DNA from: the human T2T-CHM13v2.0 reference genome, Homo sapiens
Reading direction: 5' to 3' (one strand)
Assembly (NCBI RefSeq): GCF_009914755.1
Contig: NC_060932.1
DNA: 64,000 nt
Of the stretch, positions 52,338-64,000 are shown one piece after another. Each line of letters begins with the position of its first letter. Position 1 is the first letter of the stretch. The notes under the pieces are model-generated. The model saw only the letters and a list, made by a program, of their open reading frames with translations. It did not search any database and was not told the origin of the DNA. The translations under genes were made by a program, and so were the position numbers.

Positions 52338-53723
52338 TTTTTTTAAATATTTTTATTTCCATAGGTTATTGAGGAGCAGGTAGTGTTTGGTTACATGAGT
52401 AAGTTCTTTAGTGGTGATTTGTGAGATTTCGGTGCACCCATCACCCAAGCAGCATACACTGCACACTATTTGTAGTGTTTTATCCCTCACCCCCTTCCCA
52501 CTCTTTCCCCCTGAGTCCTCAAAGTCTGTTGTGTCATTTTTATGCCTTTTCATCCTCATAACTTAGCTCCCACTTATGAGAGAATATATGATGTTTGGTT
52601 TTCTATCTTCACTTAGAATAATAGTCTCCAATCTCATTCCGGTTGTTGTGAATGCCGTTAGTTCACTCCTTTTTATGGCTGAGTAGTATTCCATTATATA
52701 CATACTATATATAACATATATATACACACCTATATATACCATATCTAACATATATAAACATATATATCTATATATACTATATATAACACACACATATCTA
52801 TATATATCTATATATATCACAGTTTCTTTATCCACTCATTTATTGATGGGAATTTGGGTTGGTTGCACGTTTTTGCAATTGTGAATTGTGCTGCCATAAA
52901 CATGCTTGTGCAAGTATCTTTTTTGTATAATGACTTATTTTCCTCTAGGTAGATACCCAGTAGTGGGATTGCTGGAACAAATGGTAGTTCTACTTTTAGT
53001 TCTTTAAGTACTCTCTACACTGTTTTCTATAGTGGTTGTACTAGTTTACATTCCCACCAGCAGTGTAGAAGTGTTTCCTGTTCACCGCATCCACGCCAAT
53101 ACCTATTATTTTTAGTTTTTGTTATTATGGCCATTCTTGCAGGAGTAAGGTGATACTGCACCCAAATACTTACATAAAGTGGGGAAAAGACATCCTATTC
53201 AACAAATGGTGCTGGGATAATTAGAACGTCACATGTAGGAGAATAAAACTAGATCCTCATCTCCCACCTTATACAAAAATCAACCAAGATGGATCAAGGA
53301 CTTAAATCTAAGACCTGAAACTATAAAAATTTTAGAAGACAACATCAGAAAAACCCTTCTAGACCCTTCTAGACATTGGCTTTGGCAAGGATTTCATGAC
53401 CAAGAGCCCAAAAGCAAATGCAATAAAAACAAAGATAAATAGCTGGGACTTAATTAAACTAAAGAGCTTTTGCACGGCAAAAGGAGCAGTCAACATAGTA
53501 AAAAGGCAACCCTCAGAGTGGGAGAAAATCTTCACAATCTATACATCTGACCAAGGATTAGATCTACAACAAACTCAAACAAATTATGAAGAAAAAAAAA
53601 TGCCATCAAAAAGTGGATTAAGGACATGAATAGACAATTCTCAAAAGAAGATATACAAATGATCAAAAGACATATGAAAAAATGCTCAGCATCAGTAATG
53701 ATCAGTGAAGTGCAAATCTAACC
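52338..53723 (-). mobile_element. L1PB1-like 3' end with inverted 5' segment
   Basis: 52338-53160 is an antisense 3' end (ttggttacatgagtaagttctttagtggtgatttg); 53161-53723 is + strand ORF2 ([16 protein letters not shown]). Confidence 0.92.
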
Positions 53724-53889
53724 TACTTTTCACATGTTATAATTAACACTTTATTTTCATGGGGACAATTTGAGCATGATCTTAGGCAGGAAAATAACTT
53801 TACAGCAAATATGCATGTTCTTTGCAACAAAAATCACTTTAAGACATATATAATATGTTTTATGGTAGTATGTAAGAATGCCAAAATCA

Positions 53890-54174
53890 ATTTTTTTTTT
53901 TTTTTGCTCTTGTGTCCCAGACTGGACTATAGTGGAGTGATATTGACTCACTGCAACCTCTGCCTCTGGGTTCAAGCAATTCTCCTGCCTCAGCCTCCCA
54001 AGTAGCTGGGATTGCAGGCATGGGTCACCTCACCCAGATAATTTTTGTATTTTTAGTAGAGACAAGAATTCACCATGTTGGCCAGGCTGGTCTTGAACTC
54101 CTGACCTCAGGTGATCCCCCTGCCTCGGCCTCCAAAAGTGCTGGGATTACAGGCATGAGCCACTGCACTTGGCC
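53890..54174 (-). mobile_element. AluS (Sz/Sx-like)
   Basis: Antisense Alu ending ...cacttggcc; lacks about 13 nt next to the poly-T. Confidence 0.93.
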
Positions 54175-55105
54175 TAAAAACAAAATTTAAAGTGCTAAAA
54201 CATATAATCTTTCTCCATCTTCATTAGAAGTAAGACCTTACTTTATTAACCTATTAGTAATTAATAATAACAATATACCTTTATATTGATGATTTGTATA
54301 TAAACTTCTGGCCTAAGTTTCTGTAAATGATTAAGATTTAAAGCCAATCTAAAATCAGTGTTTAGAAATGGAAGACTGGCAGAGAGCCATCTCTTAACTC
54401 TAATTTCTGCTCTAATCCTAATTATAGATAAAAAAATATACATTGATGGGCAAGACAGAAGAACTGGAAATGTTTCTGTAATAATTTTTTTTTTATTCTG
54501 GGAAGCAAAGCAAAATTTCTTTCACGTCTGTGGAAATGTGTAGAGCAGGATAATGAGTGCCTATCCTACACTAAAATAATTATATTAAAATCCTTTCTTG
54601 ATAATTTGCAATTAAGAGGACAATAATATTTTAATACTTGAGAAATTTTTAAATATTAAGATAAACAGTTAAAAATGAAATGAAATGAATGGTTACATAT
54701 TTTTCTCTGCATTTTTCAACTATATAGAACACTTTCTGTAAGTCTATTATTTTGATATGCCATAAAAATACATTATAAGTCAGATTGACTTATAATGAAA
54801 TTTCTGGATGTGCTCTGGGATGGATCCTTATTCATTATAGCATGGCATATTGATAATTTAGCCTCACATGATACAAAGGGAAATTTAGATTCAGATTTAC
54901 CAGTTGTATCCTATTTGAATAACTTTAACAACTTTATATGCCAATTTGGCAATAAATGTTTTATAGGGAATAAAATTATGTCCTAGCTAAATTTCACATA
55001 ATACTAGTTGTTATTGTTATTATAACAGTTAAATTATTTTCATCATAAGAATCTCCAACTATTTTTTTAAGATATTATTGCCAATAATTGCAGATTTTAT
55101 GCATA

Positions 55106-55332
<227 letters not shown>

Positions 55333-55839
55333 TTATGCATAGTTTTAGAGAATATGTTAAGAAGCGTTCTTAAAATTTAGTGAAACTTGTATATATCTAC
55401 ATTTGGAGCTATACCCGTATATTTAAAACAAATACTCATAATCTATTAATAATTTTTGTTAATCTAGGGGGAACAGACAAATAAGATTATTACATTTTCA
55501 ATCATGCTCAGTGTCTCTAACCATTTGTCAGAAACATTAAAATGTAACTTGGCTAGCATAAAAGCCAAATAAAGTAGAATATTAAAGTAATTCTGTTTGG
55601 AATAATTTTTAAATTGTTTTTTCACATGGCCCATTTTTACTTCATCTTGAAGGTCCAGTTGAAAATTTTACTCCTCACTGATTTACTGCAGTAATTATGT
55701 TCTTTTAAATTCAATGTTTACTTCCTTTTACTCACTGCTATAGTTTGAATTTTTTTTCTTATAGATTCTTTCCTGAACATATGCCATTTGAAGTTTATGT
55801 ATTATTTTATTCATGAGTATATTTTAACTAATGAACTCT

Positions 55840-56135
55840 CCTTATCCTGGCAGCAAGGCAAAGCTCTAAGACTTGTTCTAGCCAATGAAATGTGATATCT
55901 GTCACTTACAGGTTGAGGAATTTAAGATCTGGTTAGGAAACTCCATGTTGTCTCTTCTCAGGTTCTAAGAGCCATGAAAATCATGAAAGCCTCATGTGAG
56001 ACGATTACATCCTAGAGTGAAGGGAGCCTGGATTCCTGAGCCAATGAGTATTCAAGAACCTCCACTGACCCGCATTGGATTTTCATGAGTGAGAAATAAA
56101 CTTCTGAGGTTAAAGCATTGAGATTTGAGTTTTTC
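55840..56135 (+). mobile_element. Old MLT1 (I/J-like) LTR fragment
   Basis: ctagccaatgaaatgtga...gggagcctggattcctgag...gagtgagaaataaactt...aagcattgagatttg. Confidence 0.7.
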
Positions 56136-57685
56136 CTCTTCATGAAAGCCCATATATACATGTGTACAGCCCTAGTTTCTGACTTTCTAAAGTCCTAATT
56201 TTCTATCTGCCACACCTAGTAACTGCTTACAAGATTTCAATAATAATGAACCATTTTTTAAAGCTTTTGTATAAAATCATTATTAGAATAAAATGTCATA
56301 CTTATTTGTTTTATTTGTAAACTGAATACCAAGTTTATTCACACATTTATTCATTCATTCAATGAATGTTTGTTGAGTGTTATTATGTGCCAAGAACGGT
56401 CTGTCTTGGGTCCTGGTAGCACAGCAATGATTAAAAAAAGACTAAAAATAAATCTATTCCTATGAATTTTAAATTCTGCTGTGAGAGATAGACAATAAAC
56501 CATGTAATGATGCCAAATATATATGCTAAGGGGAAAACATAGAGCTGAGAGAACCGATGAAACAAGATTGTTTGCTTAAATTTTAGCTTGAGTAGCCAAA
56601 GAAGACCGCATTGAAAAAGTGACTTTTGAATGAAGATCCAAATGAAGTGAGGAAACTAACCATCAGACTGTGGGAAAAACTCCAGTGAGGAAACAGAATG
56701 TGCAAACTCAGCAGCATATGTAAAGCAGGTCTAGACTATAAAAGAAACAGCAAGGAATTTGGTGACCATAGCCGTGTGAATGCGGGAAAGTGTAGGAGCT
56801 GACACATTCAGTCAGGTAATGGCTCCCAGATTATTTAGGGCCTGAAGACCATTTTAAGGACTGGCTTTTATTCTGAGATGAAAGTTCATTGGAGAGTTTT
56901 GGCAGGGGAGTGACATGATATGGATTAGGTTTTAAAAGGACTACTGTGGTGCTAAATGAGAATCTACTGAAGGATGATATCACTGAAACAGGAAGACTTG
57001 TAGAAGTCTAACTGACATAACACTGTCGAGTGATACTGGTGGTTTGAAGTAAGTTAACAGTGATGAAGTTGAGATGTGATAAAATTCTGAACATTTTTGG
57101 AATTCAGGACCATCGGATTTGTTGTCAGACTATATATGGAGTTGAGAGAAAGATTTGTCAAGAATGACAACAAGATTTTTAACTGGAAGAGTGTAGTTGC
57201 CATTAACTAAGATGGGAAAACAGTAGGAGGAACAGTTCTAGGAGACTATCATAGATGAGTTTTAAATGTGTTAAGCTTGAAGTATAATTAAACAACTAAG
57301 TAAAGATGTCAAAGTTCTTGAAATTATGAGCTTATCATTCATGGGGAGTCCAGGTAAAAGGTATAAATTTACAAGTTGTCAGTATAAATATATGTTATCA
57401 GAAGCCGTAAAGCAGATGACACTATCAGTACAATGACTGAAGAGAGGATGAGTTCAAGGACTGAGTCCCAGAACATTCCAAAATTTAGAAATCAGAGATG
57501 AAGACTTTGACGGGGAGTGGACAAAAAGGTAGGAGGAAATCCACTTGGGTGTGATGTTTTGGAAGCTATATTTAAAAACCAAATTTGAGGAGAGAATAAT
57601 TAACTATGTCAATTATTGTTGGCTGATAAAACAGGGTGAAGTCTTAGGAGTGACTATAGGATTTAGTAAAATGAAGGTCATTGCT

Positions 57686-58117
57686 TGTGATGGTTAATAG
57701 TGTCAACATGACTGGATTAAAGGATAAAGTATTGATCCTGGGTGTGTCTGTGAGGGTGTTGCCAAAGACATTGACATTTGAGTTAGTGGGCTGGGAAAGG
57801 CAGACCCACCCTTCCTTAATCTGGGTGGGCACAATCTAATCACCTGTCAGTGTGGCTAGAATATAAGCAGGCAGAAAAATGTAAAAAGAGAGACTGGCTT
57901 AGCCTCCCAGCCTACATCTTCCTCCCGTGCTGGATGCTTCCTGCCCTCGAACATAGGACTCCAAGTTCTTCAGTTTTGGAACTAGGACTGGCACTCCTAG
58001 CTCCTCAGCCTGCAGACGGCCTATTGTGGGACCTTGTGATAGTGTGGTTAATACTTAATAAACTCCCCTAAACATATTCCATTAGTTCTGCTCCTCCAGA
58101 GAACCTTGACTAATACA
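57686..58117 (+). mobile_element. MLT2A1-like ERVL solo LTR
   Basis: TG...CA ends (tgtgatggttaata / gactaataca); perfect 5-bp TSD ttgct at 57681-57685 and 58118-58122. Confidence 0.93.
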
Positions 58118-58194
58118 TTGCTGAAGTTGATAATGGCTTCTTTGCAGTGGTGGTGGTAGAAATTAACTTAGTGGATTTAAGAGAGAATAGGAAG

Positions 58195-58234
58195 AAACAA
58201 AACAAAACAAAACAAAACAAAACAAAACAAAACA
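58195..58234. repeat. (CAAAA)n pentanucleotide repeat
   Basis: About 7-8 copies. Confidence 0.9.
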
Positions 58235-59099
58235 GTACTGCTATGCATAGATTCCTTCAAAGAGTTTTGTCATAAAACCAGAAGTAAGAAATGGAGAAAG
58301 GTGCTTGCTCAGAAGAGACAGAGACTAGAGCTAAATTAGGATTAGTTCTCAACTAGAGGGGAAAAAGGGATATAATCCCATTAGTCCTGATGTTCCAAAG
58401 GCAGTAATAGCAGGGCTGTGGCTGCCGAGGGGAGAGGAGAGTGGGAGTGGGAAGTAGAGTGTTTGAGTCCTGCAGAGGAGGAAGCACAGCGTCAGTTTTC
58501 TAACTCTCACTGATGGTGGTTTGTACAGGGGATGTGCTCCAAGACCACAGTCTCCCTCTTGATTTGGTTGTTACAGGTCTAGGTACTTTAACAAACAAAT
58601 TCAGCAAGGCTGATTCACTCAGTAGAGTGGAAGACCAGGATGCAGTAAATGTTATTTCTTTTTCTAAACTGTATAACCTATCAAATTTGTCTGAGCTGTC
58701 TTCCTTAGATTACATTTCTCATGTACATCTTTCTATACTCAACAGTGAAAATTCTGCTAACCAGATAATCAGAGCAAGACCAAATGAGACCAGCCGCTTT
58801 CTGGAAATGACTTTTTGATGAGGTATAAAAGTAGAAAAGCAGAAGTAATTTTCAAACACAAGACACCTGGGGAGGTACTAGGTGATATCACCTTTACTAT
58901 ATGTCTTTCACTTTTAAATTAATATTTTTACTTTCTTCTTTCTTCTAGTCTGCAACAATCTTATTTTCTCTGCTCTAGTTTAATTTCTATTCCAGTGCTC
59001 TATTAATTATTTATTTTCCTCTGTAATAATTCTGACATTCATCTAATTCTAAAGATATATACCTCCACTTAAAATAATTCAATACCAAGTACTGCTTAT

Positions 59100-59348
59100 T
59101 TTTACTTTATTTTATTTCAGTTTTCTTTTACATATAGTACAATTTATTCTTTTTAAGGTACAATTGTATGTGTTTTGACCATTACATAGAAACTTGCAAA
59201 CACCACCACAATCAATATACAGAATAGTTTCATTATGTCTAAAGATTACCTCATGCTTCCCTTTATATCAAACCTCTTCCCCCACCTCTAGCCCCTGGCA
59301 ACCGCAGATCTGTTCTATGTCCCTATAGCTTTGACTTTTCTAGAATGG
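59100..59348 (-). mobile_element. L1MB/L1MC 3' end fragment
   Basis: caccaccacaatcaatatacagaatagttt...cccctggcaaccgcagatctgttct. Confidence 0.75.
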
Positions 59349-59789
59349 AAATCGAATCAGAATGTCATTGGTCTTTATTCATGACAGAAATTACATTCCC
59401 CCAATTATTGAGGGCAGATATTTGAGAATCATCTGAAATAATTCATTCTTCAGACTCCACATCTAATCAGTTTATGTCCTCCTTAATATTTTTGGAATAC
59501 CTTCTTCTCTTTCAATGAGCTAGAAGAAGTCAGAAAAGGAAGTTATGTGAATTTCATGTTTAATCAGAATGGTTTTGATAGTAACTTATCTTCAGTTTTA
59601 ATTGAGATTTCTTCCTAGAAGGTAGACTTTATTAATCTGTTTTTAGGTTTATGTTGATGTTATGAGAAAAGAGTTGAGATGGTCCAGGACAGATAATTTT
59701 AAATGTATGCTGTAGCTTTCATTGGGCAAAGTGCACAAAACAAATAATTTGATGAAGTAAAAATATTTTCTTGGGATGAATAGAGATCT

Positions 59790-62700
59790 TGACCAAATTC
59801 AGAAAAACAGAAATCATACCAATCACACTTTCGAAGCACAGCACAATAAAAATAGAAATCAAGATCTCAAAAAAAGTATAGTTACATGGAAATTAAACAA
59901 TCTGCTACTGAATGACTTTTGGTTTAACAAATTAAGACAAATATCAAGAAATTCTTTGAAACTAATGAAAACAAAGATACAAAATACAAGACTCTCTGGG
60001 ACACAGGTAAAGGAATGTTAAGAGGAAAGTTTGCAGTGCTAAACACCCACATCAAAAAGTTAGAAAGATCTCAAATTAACAACCTAACATCATTCTTAGG
60101 GGAACTAGAAAAACAAGAGTATGTCAACCTCAAAGCTAGCAGAAAAAGACATAACCAAAATCAGAGCTGAACTGAACAAAATTGAGATGTGAGTAGCCAT
60201 ACAAAAGATCAACAGAATCGAAAGTTTGTTCTATGAAAGAATGAAGATGATTGACAGAGCACTATCTAAATTAATACAGAAAAAAAAGAGAGAAGATTGA
60301 AGTAAACACAATGAGAAATGACAAAGTGGACATTGCCATTGACCCTGCAGAAATACAAACAACCCTCAGAGACTATTATGAACATCCCTATGCACATAAA
60401 CTAAAAAACCCAGAAGAAATGGACAAATTTCTGGAAATAGACAACCTCTAAAGATCGAACAAGGAAGAAATTGAAACCTTGAATATACCAAATGACAAGT
60501 AGTAATTAAATTAGTTATTAAAAAACCTCCCAACCACAAAAGGCCAGGACCAGATGGATTCACAGCCCGGTTTTACCAAGTGTACAAAGAACTGCTGGTA
60601 GCAATCCTTCCGGAACTATTTTAGAAAATTAAGGAGGAGGGACTCCTCCCTAACTCATTCTATGAGGCCAGCATCATTCTGATACCAAAACCTGGCAAAG
60701 ATACACACACACAAAAAAAAAAAAAAGAAAAAAGAGGACTTTAGGCCAATATCCCCGATGAACTTAAATGCAAAAATCCTTAACAAAGTGCTAGCAAACT
60801 TAATCTAGCAGCACATCAAAAAGCTATCCACAATGATCAAGTAGGGTTTATTCTTGGGATGGTAGTTTAGTTTAATCTGCACAAATCAATAAATGTGATT
60901 CATCACACAAACAGAAATAAAGACAAAAACCATATGATCATCTCAATACATGCAGAAAAGGCTTTCAATAAAATTCAACATTCCTTAATGTTAAAAACCC
61001 TCAACAAATTAAATATCATAGGAACATATCTCAAAATGGTAATAGCCACATCTATGACAAACCCACATCTATGACAAACCCACAGCCAACACTGTATTGA
61101 ATGGGCAAAAGCTGGAAACATTTCCCTTCAGAAATGGACCATGACAAGGATGTCTGCCCTTACCATCCCTTTTCAAAGTAGTACTGGAAGCCCCAGCCAG
61201 AGCAACCAGGCAAGAAAAAGAAATCTCAGGCACCCAAATTGAAAGAGAATGTCAAACGATCTCACTTCACAGATAATATGATTCTGTACCTGGAAAACCC
61301 CATAGTCTCTGACCAATGTCTCCTGGATCTGATAAACAACTTCAGCAAAATTTTAGGATACAAAATCAGTGTAAAAAAATCAGCAGCATTCTTATACACC
61401 AATAATGTTGAAGCTGAGAGCCAAATCAAGAGTACAGTTTCATGAACAATAGCCATGAAAAGAATGAAATACCTAGGAGTATAACTAATCAGGAAGGTGA
61501 TGGATCTCTACAAAGAGAATTACAAAACACTGTAGAAAGAAATCAGAGATGACACAAACAAATGGAAAAACCTTCCATGCTCATGGATACAAAGAATAAC
61601 TATTGTTAAAATGGCCATACTGCCCAAAGCAATCTACATATTTAATGCTATTCCTATCAAGCTACCAACACAATTTCTCAGGGAACTAGAAAAAGCTACT
61701 CTAAAATTCATATGAAACCAAAAAAGAGCTAGAATAACCAGAGCAATCCTAAACAAAAAGAACAAAACTGGAAGTATCACACTACCCAACTTCAAAGTAT
61801 ATTCTAAGACTACAGTAACCAAAACAGCATGGCACTGTTACAAAAATAGACACCAAGGCCAATGGAACAGGTTAGAGAACCAAGAAATAAATCTGTGTAC
61901 CTGCAACTATCTGATCTCCAACAAAGTCAACAATAACAAGCAATGCACAAATAACTCCCTGGTCAATAAATTGTTGCTGGTATAACTGGCTAGCCATAGG
62001 CAGAAGACAGAAATTGGACCCCTACCTTTCACCATATACAAAAAGATGGTGATTAAAGACTTAAATGTAGAATGTGAAACTTTAAAAACTCTGGAAGAAA
62101 ATCTAGGAAATGCCATTATGGACATAGCCCCTGGCAAACATTTCGTGACAAAGACCACAAAAGCAATTGTAAACAAAACAGAAGCAAAGATTGACAAGTG
62201 GGACTTAAACTGAAGACCTTCTGCACAGCAAAAGTATCTATCAACAGAGTAAACACCTAGAGAATGGGAGAAAATATTTACAAACTAGACATCAGACAAA
62301 AGTCTAATATCAAAATTTATATGGAATTTATACAAATTAACAGACAAAACCCAAACAACCCCATTAAAAAATGGGCAAAAGATGTGAACAGATACTTTTC
62401 AAAAGAAGACATACACGTGGCCAAAAGCATATAAAAAATTCTCAATATCACTAATCATTAGAGAAATGCAAATCAAAACCACAGTATGATACCATCTCAC
62501 ACCAGTCAGAATGGCTGTTTTTAAAGAGTCAAAAAGTAACAGATGCTGGTGAGGTTGTGGAAAAAAGGGAATGCTTACATAATGCTGGTGGGAATGTAAA
62601 TTAGTTCAGCTGCTGTGGAAATCAGTTTGGAAATTTCTCAAAGAACTTAAACAGAACTACCATTAGACACAAGAATCCCATTACTGAATATATAACCAAA

Positions 62701-63225
62701 GGAAAATAAATCATTCTACCATAAAGCCACATAGACCCATATGTTTTGTAGCACTATTCACAATAGCAAAAACATGGAATCAATCTAGGTGCCCATCAAT
62801 GGTGGACTGGATAAAGAAAATGTGGTGCATATATACCATGAAACACTACACCACCATTAAAAAAGAATAAAATCATATCTTTTGCAGCTAGAGGCCATTA
62901 TCCTAAGCAAGTTAACACAGGAACAGAAAACCAAATACTGCATGTTCTCACTTATAAGTGGGAGCTAAACATGGAACACATATGGACCCTAAGAAGGTAA
63001 CAACAGACAACTGGGCCTACATGAGGGTGAAGGGTAGGAGGAGGGTGGGTATTGAAAAACTATCTATATGGTACTATGTTCATTACCTGGTTGGTGATAT
63101 AATCTGTACACCAAACTCCTGTAACATGCAATTTACATGGGTAACAAACTTGCACATGTACCTTAAATACATGTGCTTAAAATAAAGGTTGAAAAAAACG
63201 AAACAAAAGAAAACAAACAAAACAA
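59790..63225 (+). mobile_element. 5'-truncated, decayed L1 (L1PA15/16-like), ~3.4 kb of ORF2 plus 3' UTR
   Basis: ORF2 remnants with stops and frameshifts (WKLNNLLLNDFW; RT-core FTDNMILYL derived from FADDMILYL); 3' UTR and A-rich tail. Confidence 0.95.
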
Positions 63226-64000
63226 GTCATGTGACCCGGAGGATCTCTCATTCTAAGTCCATTTGCAGGAAATGTCAAAATTTTCAGATTTTTTTTTTTA
63301 AAGAACAGAGTATTGGTAAAATTGGAAGTGAAAATAAATTTTAGTAATTGAGTCCATTAAAATTTAAAATCAAAAGATTACTTTTTTCTGCTTCCTCACC
63401 ATTTATTTAATGCTGTGCTATAACTAGACTATTCAGCATTTTCTTTATGACATGCTATTTTATATTTTTCCTCTTGATTCTCCTTCTGAGGAAAAAAATT
63501 GAGTTAGTTCAGGTAGCTATCTTTAACAATATTTAAAGTACATTTTATCTTTAAGCTTTATATATGTAAATATACATATTAAGATTAATTGAATCTGAAT
63601 TCTGTACTGAGAATTGCTTAGAATTTGCTATAATATTTATATATGATGGATGATACTGTATAAATTCCTTACTAAGGTACTGATGATAACCCTTAACAAT
63701 GTGGCTAAACTGTGCTACAGCCCAGATTGCTTTATTCCACACACGTTTCGGAAAATGTTATGTAGTGTGAATTTTACTGTGAGTAAAATAATGCCTCTTA
63801 ATCTTAATTTTGAGCTTTTTTCTTTAATATAATGAATATGTGAAGACCTTAATCCTGAAGAGAATGGAAATTTATCAGGTAAAAGGAACTTAATAGATAA
63901 AACAAAAACAAACAAAGAAATACAGGAACAACACATATAAGCATATACCGAATGTTTTTATATATGATTGATTAAGTTCTCACATTTCTCATCAAATTAT

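Larger units (their letters stand above)
56345..58295 (-). mobile_element. L2a-like, interrupted by an MLT2A LTR
   Basis: Starts cattcattcaatgaatgtttgttgagtg; gagtgacatgata...ggttttaaaagga and ttgccattaactaagatggg motifs. Confidence 0.88.

Noticed and set aside
52695-52818. TA/CA-rich stretch as an independent element
   Set aside because: Expansion of the (TA)n tract that is usual within the L1PB 3' region
59776-62200. Reverse-transcriptase-like peptides
   Set aside because: Decayed L1 ORF2 with many stops and a mutated catalytic motif (FTDN); not a functional gene

Overview
This is AT-rich, CpG-depleted primate (most likely human) non-coding DNA, either intergenic or within a long intron. 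It is not prokaryotic, and I cannot name the locus. I find no supportable protein-coding gene, RNA gene or CRISPR array. The listed ORFs are chance frames or fragments of Alu, L1 and LTR repeats. Much of the window is interspersed repeats: about 15 Alu copies or fragments (FAM, AluJ, AluS), L1 remnants (L1PA15/16-like, L1PB1, L1MA, older L1M), L2, MIR, MaLR/ERVL LTRs and DNA-transposon relics (MER1B, MER2, MER20, MER5, MADE2). Subfamily names come from recalled consensus sequences and need RepeatMasker confirmation. I see no new biological system. The best oddities are: a ~340-bp local copy of an Alu end plus its unique flank, inserted 2.2 kb away (45399-45740, copied from 47562-47913); two 5'-inverted (twin-primed) L1s; a closely spaced inverted Alu pair; a FAM nested in MER2; template-switch palindromes; a CTCF-like site; and several possible non-coding exon or recursive-splice signals.
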